From an uncultured Spirochaetota bacterium (GTDB lineage: Bacteria; Spirochaetota; Spirochaetia; SZUA-6; Fen-1364): a DNA stretch of 64,000 bases. The position numbers and the translations under genes were made by a program. The DNA lies in assembly GCA_963781885.1 (NCBI GenBank), contig CAWAHW010000006.1, forward strand, positions 256,001 through 320,000. Direction: 5' to 3'. Positions 48,331-57,445 of this stretch are shown here, in pieces (position 1 is the stretch's first letter; every line of letters begins with the position of its first letter). Under the pieces are notes generated by a model. The model saw only the letters and a list, made by a program, of their open reading frames with translations. It had not been told where the DNA came from and did no database searches.

Positions 48331-49347
48331 TCATATGTTGGCCTCAACAAGGTGAGGGGCTATCGATTCTTCGAACTCCGAAAGCAGACTGTGATAGCTC
48401 GAAAGAAATCCCGTCCAAACTGGATCGTCCGGTAGAGTGATGAACTTGGCTTTCAGCAAGACGTACAGACGTCCGGCGACGAACCGACGCAGGGAAAGAG
48501 CCGCGAGGCTCGAATAGGCAAGATTGAGCGATAGATTCGCCGTTTGAATCATCAGCGGGAAAACAACCTCCTGGGAGTATTTCGTCCCTTCATCCTTGCC
48601 CTTGTCGTTGGTGATGGCGATGGCGTTCTGCCGTTCGACGTCCAGCTTCTGCCTGTATTCCGTGAAAAGTGACGCGTAGTCGTTGACGTCCTTTATGTAT
48701 CCCGCCATCGCGGTGTCGATGTTTGCCATGGCCGTCTCAGGATCGGCCAGCATGGCCTGCAATTTGTCCTCATTCCACGTGCTGTAATTTATCTGATCCC
48801 TTTGAACGGTGAATTTGTCGCCCGGCGGCTTTCCCAGGGGAACCTCAACGCCTTCATTTGAAGTGAGCGCCACCGTCTGGCCGGCCGCCTCCACCTGGAC
48901 CTGCCCCGCGTCCACGGTGAACAGGGTGGAGCCGTCCGCGCCGGCGAAGACCGTGAAATCGGTGCCGCGGACTCCGGCAAGAGCGCCGTTCGTGCGCACC
49001 TGCGGCTCGGTTCCGGTGAGCTTGTCGTAGTGGAACTTGATGGAGCCCAGTGTCACGGACAGGACGGACGTGGACTGGTTGCCCTGCGCCTTTTCCATGA
49101 GCGTGAACACCGTGTTGCGGGCGACCTTGATGGTGACGCCCTTCTGGTCCAGCTCCGCCTGACCGTCCCCGCCGGTCTTCAGCATGTCGCCCGTGTTTAA
49201 AACGGCCCCAATCTCCGCGTCCTTCTGCGTGCCGTTCTTAAGCCGCACGCTCGCATCCCCTTCCGTGTACGTGATGTCAGCGGGAATTGCGGAGATTGAA
49301 AGTGCGCCTGCAATCAAGAACACTGCGACAAAGATTCCTCTTTTCAT
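48331..49347 (-). CDS. Exported FecR-domain protein with helical C-terminus
   Basis: Signal peptide; GDMLKTGGDGQAEL, VRTNGALAGVRGTDF, VDAGQVQV. Confidence 0.8.
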   Translation of the reverse strand: MKRGIFVAVFLIAGALSISAIPADITYTEGDASVRLKNGTQKDAEIGAVLNTGDMLKTGGDGQAELDQKGVTIKVARNTVFTLMEKAQGNQSTSVLSVTLGSIKFHYDKLTGTEPQVRTNGALAGVRGTDFTVFAGADGSTLFTVDAGQVQVEAAGQTVALTSNEGVEVPLGKPPGDKFTVQRDQINYSTWNEDKLQAMLADPETAMANIDTAMAGYIKDVNDYASLFTEYRQKLDVERQNAIAITNDKGKDEGTKYSQEVVFPLMIQTANLSLNLAYSSLAALSLRRFVAGRLYVLLKAKFITLPDDPVWTGFLSSYHSLLSEFEESIAPHLVEANI

Positions 49348-49348
49348 C

Positions 49349-49819
49349 TCAGTAGGGCCCCTTGAGCCCGATGACCTTCCACTGGAACCAGTCGCTTTTT
49401 ACCAGGAGGAGAACGTGCGTCCCCGTGCCCGTGGCAAGCTCCAGGATGCGGGACCCGCTTTTCACGTAGCGGGAGAAAAAGGCCTTCACTTCCATCGTGT
49501 CGGCGAATTTCTGGTAGCTCAGCGGGCCTACGGCTGCGCCCGCATCCAGTGTCGCGTTGTCCATCCGGAAGCCCGCTTTCAGGACGCCGTTCCAGAAGTC
49601 CGCGACGTCGGAGGGGATGAGGACGATTTCTCCATCGAGCAGGAAGGGGGTGACGCTGCGGGCGGCGAGCGCCGGGGCATTGGCAGCCTTCATTTCCCCC
49701 GTCACCTGGCGCACCGCGCCTTCGTCACCCCAGCGCTGAAAGGTCGCGCATGAGGCAAGGGAAAGTGCCGCCGCGCACGCAATGGCCGGCACAAGAAGCC
49801 GCAGCCGGTGCTTCTGCAT
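49349..49819 (-). CDS. Hypothetical lipoprotein
   Basis: Lipobox LASC; stop abuts the FecR start codon. Confidence 0.65.
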   Translation of the reverse strand: MQKHRLRLLVPAIACAAALSLASCATFQRWGDEGAVRQVTGEMKAANAPALAARSVTPFLLDGEIVLIPSDVADFWNGVLKAGFRMDNATLDAGAAVGPLSYQKFADTMEVKAFFSRYVKSGSRILELATGTGTHVLLLVKSDWFQWKVIGLKGPY

Positions 49820-49913
49820 TTCCCAATAGTGCACGAGCGGAGGCCCGGAAATCAAGCCCATGTCTTCACACGGATGGCATCATGCGGTTATTTTTCATAC
49901 AAGGAGGTGGCCG

Positions 49914-50210
49914 ATGGATCCAGACACAAGATCGAAAGTCCAGGCCCTGATCGGCGATTTGAACGGGCTGAAATCGCGCAACCCGGAAGAATCGAAGTTC
50001 AAGGAATGGAAAGAGAAGACGGAGAAGAAGCTGGAGGAAGTCTTCGGCAAGGGCTCAGAGGCGGCGGGCAGATTCCACGCGCTGCGCTTCTTCGACTTCT
50101 CCCGGCGCGCGGGACCCCGGGATGCGCCGCTTGCCGAGGACGAAAGGGCCCTCTACCTGAAAGGACTGGAAGAGGCCCGCAGGCTCCTTTCCCACATCGC
50201 CGACACGTGA
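49914..50210 (+). CDS. Small helical hypothetical protein
   Basis: Strong SD AAGGAGG; 98 aa; FKEWKEKTEKKLEEVFGKGS...YLKGLEEARRLL. Confidence 0.65.
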   Translation: MDPDTRSKVQALIGDLNGLKSRNPEESKFKEWKEKTEKKLEEVFGKGSEAAGRFHALRFFDFSRRAGPRDAPLAEDERALYLKGLEEARRLLSHIADT

Positions 50211-50234
50211 CGCCGCCGGAGAATCGGGCATCCC

Positions 50235-51218
50235 TTACCAGCGCTGATGCACGTCCTCCCGGATGAGCCGGTCGTAGATGCCCCGCACCTGACGCATCAC
50301 CCCGCGGGACAGCCGCGGTGCGGCCACCGCGCCGCAATTATCCTCGACCTGCGCCGGGTTTTTCGCCCCGGGTATGGCACAGGAAACGGCGTCGTGCATC
50401 AGGATCCAGCGCAGCGCGAACTGCGGCATCGTCACGCCGCGGGGCAGTACCTGGCGGATCTCCTCCACCGCCTGCAGCCCGCGCGCGAAATCGACGCCCG
50501 CGAATGTCTCCCCGCGGTCGAATGACTGGCCCTTGCGGTTGAATGCGCGGTGATCGTCGGAGCTGAAGCGGGTTGCGCGCGACATCTTGCCGCTGAGCAG
50601 GCCGCTGGCAAGAGGCACGCGGACGATGACGCCGATCCAGTGCGACTTTGCCTCGCGGAAGAAAAGATCGGCCGGGCGCTGGCGGAAGATGTTGAAGATG
50701 ATCTGCACGGTCTTGACGCCAGGGTATTGGATGGCCTTCAGCGCTTCTTCCACCTTCTCCACGCTCACCCCGTAGTTCTTGAGCTTGCCCGCCGTCACCA
50801 TGCGGTCCAGGCCCTCGAAAACCTCGGGCGTGTAGAAGACCGGCGTGGGGGGGCAGTGGAGCTGGAGGAGGTCCAGCGCCTCCACCTTCAGGTTCCGCAG
50901 GCTGTCCTCCACGAACTTGCGCAGAGCGACCGGCGTGTACTTCTCCGCGACGTGCGGCGTGAGCTTGCGTCCCGCTTTGGTCGCCACGTAGATCGTTTCC
51001 GAGCGGTCGCGGAGGAGCTGCCCGATGAGCTTTTCACTGCGGCCGTTCCCGTAGACATCGGCGGTGTCGAAGAAATTGACCCCAAGATCGACCGCCTTGT
51101 TCAGGGCGGCCATCGACTCACGGTCGTCCACGGGGCCCCAGCTTGCACCAATGGCCCATGCGCCGAAGCTCACCTCGGAAACCTTCATACCCGTGCGACC
51201 CAGAAGACGGTAGTTCAT
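50235..51218 (-). CDS. Aldo/keto reductase
   Basis: FFDTADVYGNGRSE, ATK, DLLQLH, PLASGLL, IPGAK. Confidence 0.92.
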   Translation of the reverse strand: MNYRLLGRTGMKVSEVSFGAWAIGASWGPVDDRESMAALNKAVDLGVNFFDTADVYGNGRSEKLIGQLLRDRSETIYVATKAGRKLTPHVAEKYTPVALRKFVEDSLRNLKVEALDLLQLHCPPTPVFYTPEVFEGLDRMVTAGKLKNYGVSVEKVEEALKAIQYPGVKTVQIIFNIFRQRPADLFFREAKSHWIGVIVRVPLASGLLSGKMSRATRFSSDDHRAFNRKGQSFDRGETFAGVDFARGLQAVEEIRQVLPRGVTMPQFALRWILMHDAVSCAIPGAKNPAQVEDNCGAVAAPRLSRGVMRQVRGIYDRLIREDVHQRW

Positions 51219-51221
51219 GGC

Positions 51222-51461
51222 TTACTCCGGTAAGAGAAGATTCTCCAGCCCCGCGGTGAGCATGACCGCGGGGATCGCAAGTCCGATGGCCGCGTGGGCG
51301 ACGCCCAGCCCGATCATCGTGTCATGGTCGCCCCGGCTCGCACCCTTGTTGCCGGGCATGGCCGTCGCGGCCTGGGCGAAGAGTGCCGACGGAAGCCCTG
51401 CCAGGATGGCAAGGCCCACGAAAGCGGCGCACGACATTTTCCTGCCGCCTTTGCATCCCAT
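51222..51461 (-). CDS. Small hydrophobic/exported hypothetical peptide
   Basis: Extended -10 TGATATTCT 7 nt upstream of ATG; signal-like N-terminus; stop 3 nt before the AKR start. Confidence 0.4.
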   Translation of the reverse strand: MGCKGGRKMSCAAFVGLAILAGLPSALFAQAATAMPGNKGASRGDHDTMIGLGVAHAAIGLAIPAVMLTAGLENLLLPE

Positions 51462-51554
51462 GAGGCGGAGAATATCACGGACGGTACGGAAATCAAGCTC
51501 CCGGGCCGCCGTCCCCGATGAAGAACGGCTGCAGCCCCACGCGATGCCGGCGCC

Positions 51555-52304
51555 TCATCTCCCGAGCCTCGCACGGATCAAGCGGATTGCGTCCGCCTTG
51601 CGGATGACGCCTATTTTTGTATAGAGATGCGCGATGTAGGACTCCGCCGTCCGCCGTCCGATGATGAGGGTGGTGCCGATCTCCCTTGCCGATAGGCCGT
51701 CGCACAGCAGCGCGGCCACCTGTGCTTCGCGCTTTGAGAGGGCAGGGAGGCAACTCCGAATATCCTGGCTTGCCGCCCTTTCTCTCTCGGCGAGTTGGTC
51801 CTGTTTCTTGCGCGCGGAAAGCAGATTGTTGATGTGGGGAGCAAGTATTTCAATAATCACTTTTTCGCGCTCACTGAATCCCTTGCCGAAAGGCGATCTT
51901 TGGATCAGCAGAGAACATGGCCCGGAGGGGCGCAGGGAGCTCAGGTCGTAGCCGATGCCGTAAGGCTTCGCGAAGTCCACGTAGAATTCCGAATTGGGAT
52001 AATCGGCCCAGCGCGTATGGCTCAACCCCCGCAGGAACTCCCCGCGCGGTCCGTATAGAATGCTCGGCATTTTGAAGCGGTAGCGTTGGTTGTACATGCT
52101 GACGATGGCTTCGGATACCCCGAAGCCGGTCAATACCCGGAGCGATGAATCAATCAGACCGGCGCCGCAATCGAAAGGAATGATGGCGCCGACCCGGCGG
52201 AGGGCCAAATCGAGAAGGGTCGCCCGATCCTCCGCAGATTCGAGCTCCAGGAGGTAGTCGTTTATTTTCCGCCAGGAGGAGGTATCGAGGGATACGCGGC
52301 CCAT
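51555..52304 (-). CDS. LuxR-family HTH regulator with GAF-like N-terminal sensor
   Basis: LSKREAQVAALLCDGLSAREIGTTLIIGRRTAESYIAHLYTKIG. Confidence 0.85.
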   Translation of the reverse strand: MGRVSLDTSSWRKINDYLLELESAEDRATLLDLALRRVGAIIPFDCGAGLIDSSLRVLTGFGVSEAIVSMYNQRYRFKMPSILYGPRGEFLRGLSHTRWADYPNSEFYVDFAKPYGIGYDLSSLRPSGPCSLLIQRSPFGKGFSEREKVIIEILAPHINNLLSARKKQDQLAERERAASQDIRSCLPALSKREAQVAALLCDGLSAREIGTTLIIGRRTAESYIAHLYTKIGVIRKADAIRLIRARLGR

Positions 52305-52463
52305 ACGGGAGACAATAGCATGTTTTCGCCAATACGGTAATTTCTACGGGTTTTTTCCTGCCGGCGCCGGGATAGAGTGGCGTATACGGAATAAGACAGG
52401 GGCCGAAGTTATGGAGATCTCCCTGGCAAGCACGATTCCAAGACCATGAAAAAGGAGATACAG

Positions 52464-53591
52464 ATGCAGCCTCTTAGAAACGGACTGATCCTCTTGTCGC
52501 TCTTGACACTCTTCGGATGCCCGACCCCCGGCGGCGGTTCCGATTCCAATCAGACTCAGACCCAAACTCAGACCCAGACCCCGCCGGAGACACTGTATTT
52601 CGCAGGAAATTACAGCGACGGCTCGAAAGCAGTGCCCTGCTACTGGGAAGGAAGCACATTCCACAGTCTGGGCGGCAGCCTCACGGGTTTTGCCTTTTCG
52701 CCTGTCGCCTCCTCAGGTGGTACGGCCTACACGGCCGGCTTCTATATCGACGGCACGAAGAATGTGCCCTGCTACTGGGCAGGAAGCACTCTCAATGTCC
52801 TGAAAGACACGGATGGCGTCACGGCCCTTGCGTATAACGCGTGTGCCTTCGCGATAGCCGTGTCCGGCAGCACGGTCTACACGGCTGGCTATTATAATAA
52901 CGGCTCGAAGGATGTGCCTTGCTACTGGGTGGGAAGCACTCTCACTATCCTGAAAGACTCGGATGGCATCACCCCCCTTACGAACGTCGCTTATGCTTAT
53001 GCGATAGCCCTGTCCGGCAGCACGGTGTATACCGCCGGCTACTATTTTGACGGCTCGAAGATGGTTCCCTGCTACTGGGTGGGGAGCACTCTCAATATCC
53101 TGAAAGACTCGGATGGCATCACCCCCCTTACCCAATTCGCGAATGCTTCGTCAATAGCCCTGTCTGGCGGCACCGTCTACACGGCTGGCTACTATAATGA
53201 CGGCTCCAAGCGTGTGCCTTGCTACTGGGAAGGAAGCACTCTCCACAGTCTGGGCAGCACCGCCCTTACCAGCGACGCTTATACCTTCGCACTAGCGCTA
53301 TCCGGCAGCACGGTCTATACGGCCGGCTGCTATTATGACGGATCGAAGGGAGTGCCCTGTTACTGGGTAGGAAATACTCTCACTATCCTGAAAGACTCTA
53401 CGGGCAGCACGGCCCTTACCAATGACGCGGGGGCCGAGGCACTGACACTGTCCGACGGCACGGTTTACACGGCCGGCTACTATAATGACGGCTCCAAGTC
53501 TGTTCCTTGCTACTGGGAGGGAAGCACCCTCCACAGCCTGGGCGGCAGCCTCACGTATGACGCCGGAATATATTCCGCCGGCGGTGACTAG
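52464..53591 (+). CDS. Lipoprotein with seven near-identical ~44-50-aa repeats (predicted 7-blade beta-propeller)
   Basis: Lipobox LFGC, (QT)n linker, 7x TVYTAGYYxDGSKxVPCYWxGSTL. Confidence 0.85.
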   Translation: MQPLRNGLILLSLLTLFGCPTPGGGSDSNQTQTQTQTQTPPETLYFAGNYSDGSKAVPCYWEGSTFHSLGGSLTGFAFSPVASSGGTAYTAGFYIDGTKNVPCYWAGSTLNVLKDTDGVTALAYNACAFAIAVSGSTVYTAGYYNNGSKDVPCYWVGSTLTILKDSDGITPLTNVAYAYAIALSGSTVYTAGYYFDGSKMVPCYWVGSTLNILKDSDGITPLTQFANASSIALSGGTVYTAGYYNDGSKRVPCYWEGSTLHSLGSTALTSDAYTFALALSGSTVYTAGCYYDGSKGVPCYWVGNTLTILKDSTGSTALTNDAGAEALTLSDGTVYTAGYYNDGSKSVPCYWEGSTLHSLGGSLTYDAGIYSAGGD

Positions 53592-53707
53592 AGCGAGAAC
53601 AAGGAAGCCATTCGCTCTCTCTTTTATCGATGAGTTGATCTCGGCCGCGCTCGGCATCGGGCTCCCTCACGGAGAACCCGTCGATCGCGCGGCCGAGCCA
53701 TTAATCC

Positions 53708-54727
53708 CTATTTTGCCGCCGTGGCTGTCGATTTTGCGGCACTCGTGCCGGCGATCACCGCGCGCTTTCTGGATTCGAACAGCCTCTGCAGGACGCAGAA
53801 GACGAACACCAGGAATCCGATCACGATCCGCGTCCACCAGGAGTTCAGCGTGCCCTGAAAGACAACCAGCACCTGGATGATCCCATAGACCAGCACGCCG
53901 AGGAGCGTTCCGAAGATGTTCCCCACGCCTCCGGTCAGCAGGGTGCCGCCGATGACCACTGCCGCGATGGTGTCCAGCTCCATGCCGCTTCCGTTCAGTC
54001 CGTACCCTGAGAGCGTGTAGAATGTGAAAACGATGCCGGCGAGCGCCGCGCAGAACCCGCTCAGGGCATAGATGGCGATCTTGGTGCGTGCGACCGGAAG
54101 TCCCATCAACAAGGCTGACTGCTCGCTGCCGCCGATGGCATAGACGGTCCTGCCGAACTTCGTGTAGCGCGACACGAAGAACCCGACCAAAACCACGACA
54201 ATTGCGATCAGCGCCCCCGGTGAAAGAAAACCCTGGCCGAAAATGCTGACCTGCGCGTGCGCCACCGACTCGAAAAAGGGATTCTGCACCGCGATAGTAA
54301 AGAGGCTGACGATGTAGCACAGGCCGCGCGCCAAGTACAACCCTGCAAGCGTAACGATGAATGGCGGAAGATCGAAGGTCTGGATCAGGTAGCCCATGAA
54401 GAGGCCCATCGCCGTTCCCATGAGGAGCACGATCGGTATCACGAAAAGCGGGCTCATGTGAGCCTTTTCCAGCAGGCTCGCCGAGACCATGCCGGCCAGG
54501 CCGAGCATGGAACCGACGGACAGATCGATTCCGCCCGAGATGATGACAAAAGTCATGCCGACGGCAAGGACCAGGAGATACGCGTTGTCGATGAAGAGGT
54601 TGAGGAAATTCTGAACCGAGAAGAAGCCGCGGAATGCAACCGAGCCCAATCCGAACATGATGATGAACAATCCGAGGGTGACCAGGACGGGCAGGTTCCT
54701 CGAGCCGGCAAAGCGTCTCCTGCTCAT
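53708..54727 (-). CDS. Sugar ABC permease, YjfF-like (galactofuranose family)
   Basis: NLFIDNA, GGIDLSVGS, FIVTLAG, GMELDTIAAVVIGGTLLTGG, NSWWTRI. Confidence 0.88.
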   Translation of the reverse strand: MSRRRFAGSRNLPVLVTLGLFIIMFGLGSVAFRGFFSVQNFLNLFIDNAYLLVLAVGMTFVIISGGIDLSVGSMLGLAGMVSASLLEKAHMSPLFVIPIVLLMGTAMGLFMGYLIQTFDLPPFIVTLAGLYLARGLCYIVSLFTIAVQNPFFESVAHAQVSIFGQGFLSPGALIAIVVVLVGFFVSRYTKFGRTVYAIGGSEQSALLMGLPVARTKIAIYALSGFCAALAGIVFTFYTLSGYGLNGSGMELDTIAAVVIGGTLLTGGVGNIFGTLLGVLVYGIIQVLVVFQGTLNSWWTRIVIGFLVFVFCVLQRLFESRKRAVIAGTSAAKSTATAAK

Positions 54728-55746
54728 GTCGACAACTCCCTTCTGGCGAACACCCGGACGATCCTGGCCCTGAATCTCGGTGACTGCATCAGGCAGACTG
54801 CCCACACGACAAACGCCTTGACAACCGGGGCTACATCGGAAGGAACGCCGAATGCGTAGATGGTGACCGTGAGTGTCTGGATGATCAAGGCGCCGATGAT
54901 GCTCCCGAACAGGTAGAACTTGCCGCCATTCAGCGATGTGCCGCCCAGCACGACGGCAAGAATGGCGTCAAGCTCGAACAGCTTGCCCGCGTTGTTCCCG
55001 TCGGCGCTCATGACGGTGGAACAGACGATCAGCCCCGCGATACCCGCGCAAAGCCCGCTGAACGTGTAAACCCAGAAGATGATATTCTGGGCGTTGATGC
55101 CCGAGAACCGGGCCGCGGTCGGGTTGATTCCCACTGCCTCGATGAACACGCCGATCGCGGTCCTTCTGGTGAAAATGAAGGTTAAAAGAAGCACAAACGC
55201 CACGATGTAGATGGAAAAGGGAAGGCCCAGCACGTACCCCTGACCCAGGATGGCGAACGGTTTTGCATAGAGCCAGATGATCATTGATTTCGTGAACACC
55301 ATGGCGACCCCGCGGCCCGCCACGAAGAGGATCAGCGTCGCGATGATGGGCTGCATGCGTATCCGCGAGACCAGCATTCCGTTCCACATTCCCGCGAGGG
55401 TGCACACCAGAAGGGCGGCTGCCATGGCCACGAGGATGGGGTACTTGGGAACGCCCTTCAGATCACCGCCGATCAGCAGCGCAACCACGCCGGAGGAGAT
55501 GGCCACGACGGAGCCCACGGATATGTCGATCCCATGCGTTGCGATGACCAGCGTCATCCCAATGGCCAGGAGCATGATGGGGGCGCCGTTCTTCAGGATA
55601 TCGATCAGATCGCCATACAGGTGCCCCTGCTTGATCTCCAGGCGGAAAAAGTGAGGAGTAAAAAACAGGTTGAAGAGCAAGAGGACTCCAAGGGCGACAA
55701 GCGGCCACAGCAGCTTGTTGCGACCCAGGGATTTCAACGGTGTCAT
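54724..55746 (-). CDS. Sugar ABC permease, YtfT-like
   Basis: HLYGDLIDIL, GIDISVG, QPIIATLIL, ELDAILAVVLGG. Confidence 0.88.
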   Translation of the reverse strand: MTPLKSLGRNKLLWPLVALGVLLLFNLFFTPHFFRLEIKQGHLYGDLIDILKNGAPIMLLAIGMTLVIATHGIDISVGSVVAISSGVVALLIGGDLKGVPKYPILVAMAAALLVCTLAGMWNGMLVSRIRMQPIIATLILFVAGRGVAMVFTKSMIIWLYAKPFAILGQGYVLGLPFSIYIVAFVLLLTFIFTRRTAIGVFIEAVGINPTAARFSGINAQNIIFWVYTFSGLCAGIAGLIVCSTVMSADGNNAGKLFELDAILAVVLGGTSLNGGKFYLFGSIIGALIIQTLTVTIYAFGVPSDVAPVVKAFVVWAVCLMQSPRFRARIVRVFARRELST

Positions 55747-55747
55747 T

Positions 55748-57274
55748 CTAGTTCCCTCCCGCGATCGTCCGCATGATGCTGCTTTCGTTCATGTCCTCCC
55801 CGTTCAATTCCGCGATCTTTGCCTTGTCCTTCAGGACCGCGATCCGGCTGCTGCAGCGGACCACTTCTTCGAACTCGGAGGAAATGAAGATGACGCCCAT
55901 CCCCTGTCTGCTCAATGAAAGGATCAACTCCATGATTTCCAGCTTGGCGCCGACGTCAATACCGCGCGTCGGCTCATCCAGGATCAGGATGATCGGATTG
56001 GTGGCAAGCCATCGCGCGAGCATCACCTTCTGCTGGTTGCCGCCGCTCAGCTGGCCGGCCAAGTTGTTCGCGCTCGGGGTTGCGATTGCCAGGGATTTGA
56101 TCAATTCATCGGCTATCTCCAGCTGCTTTCTTGTCGCGATGAATTTGAACACTCCGTTCCTCGCCTGCAGGGCAAGGATGATGTTTTCCCGGACGGTAAG
56201 GTCGGAGAAAATACCCTCACTCTTCCTGTCTTCCGAGCAGAACCCCATCCCCGCCATCATTGCGCTCCGAGGGGAATTGATGGCTGCTTTTTTTCCCTTG
56301 ATCCGGACCTCACCCTGGTTGGCCCCGTCGATCCCGAAAATAAGCCTTGCCATCTCCGTCCTGCCGGAGCCCAGGAGTCCCGCCAGGCCGAGCACCTCGG
56401 CTTCGTCCAGGTTGAGATCGAAGGGCGCGATGGAGCCGCGCAGTCCGAGATTTTTCACGCTGAGCACGTTCTTTACGTCTTTGCCGATAATGACGGACGC
56501 CTTTTTCTGTTGATCGCTTTCCGCGGCATAGCTGAACTCTGACAATTCCTTGCCGAGCATCTTCGCGACCAGGTCCAGCTTCGGGAGGGCTTCAGTCTTG
56601 AACTCCCCAACGAACTCCCCGTTTTTCAGGATCGTGATCCGGTCCGAAATCTGGTAGGTCTGGTCAAGGAAATGGGTGATGAAGATGATGGCCAGCCCCT
56701 GATCCCTCAAGGACCTGATAACCTTGAAGAGCTGCTCCACTTCGCTGTCATCAAGACTGGAGGTCGGTTCGTCCAAGATCAGGATCTTGGAGGAGATATC
56801 CAGAACCCGCGCGATTGCAACGAGCTGTTGAATTGCGATGGAGTACGAGGAGAGGATCTGGGTGACGTCGACGACGATGTTCAGCCGCTGTAGAATTTCT
56901 TCGGACCTCCTGGCCATTTTTTTCCAGTCGATTCTTCCGAAGCGCACGGGCTGTCTGCCCGCAAAGATATTCTCCGCCACCGAAAGATTGGGGCAGAGAT
57001 TGATCTCCTGGTACACCGTGCTGATTCCCAGTTTCTGCGCGGCCAGGGGGGAATCCGGACGGATTGGTTTGCCTCCCAGCAGTATTTCGCCCGAGTCCTG
57101 CGGATGCACTCCGGTGAGAACCTTCACCAAGGTCGATTTTCCGGCCCCGTTCTGGCCCATGATTGCGTGAACCTCGCCCTTGAACAGGCGAAAATCAACC
57201 GAGGAAAGGGCTTTCACGCCCGGAAATGTCTTCGTGATCTTGTTCATCGTCAGGACGGGCATCTCATCTGTCAT
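55748..57274 (-). CDS. Sugar ABC ATP-binding protein (two NBDs, YtfR-like)
   Basis: GQNGAGKST, ILDEPTSS, LSGGNQQKV, DEPTRGIDVGAK. Confidence 0.93.
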   Translation of the reverse strand: MTDEMPVLTMNKITKTFPGVKALSSVDFRLFKGEVHAIMGQNGAGKSTLVKVLTGVHPQDSGEILLGGKPIRPDSPLAAQKLGISTVYQEINLCPNLSVAENIFAGRQPVRFGRIDWKKMARRSEEILQRLNIVVDVTQILSSYSIAIQQLVAIARVLDISSKILILDEPTSSLDDSEVEQLFKVIRSLRDQGLAIIFITHFLDQTYQISDRITILKNGEFVGEFKTEALPKLDLVAKMLGKELSEFSYAAESDQQKKASVIIGKDVKNVLSVKNLGLRGSIAPFDLNLDEAEVLGLAGLLGSGRTEMARLIFGIDGANQGEVRIKGKKAAINSPRSAMMAGMGFCSEDRKSEGIFSDLTVRENIILALQARNGVFKFIATRKQLEIADELIKSLAIATPSANNLAGQLSGGNQQKVMLARWLATNPIILILDEPTRGIDVGAKLEIMELILSLSRQGMGVIFISSEFEEVVRCSSRIAVLKDKAKIAELNGEDMNESSIMRTIAGGN

Positions 57275-57379
57275 TTCGACGGACTCCTCTTGCGGATATG
57301 ATAAACAGACCGGATCGTTCGTCAACACCCGCCGCGCACCTCGGAACACCCATGGTGGCGGCGAGATGCCTCATGAAAG

Positions 57380-57410
57380 GCAGGACCACTCCACGTGCGA
57401 GTGGTCCTGC
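57380..57410. other. Intercistronic stem-loop downstream of the SBP gene
   Basis: GCAGGACCACTC-7 nt-GAGTGGTCCTGC perfect 12-bp stem without a clear T-tract. Confidence 0.7.
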
Positions 57411-57445
57411 ATCGTTTTTGAAATTAGTCGCCGAGTCGTGAAATA

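Noticed and set aside
52560-53591. Diversity-generating retroelement target
   Set aside because: No reverse transcriptase or non-coding template repeat in the window, and several variable codons (ATG, GGG, GAG, CAA, TCG) do not fit pure adenine mutagenesis of AAY.
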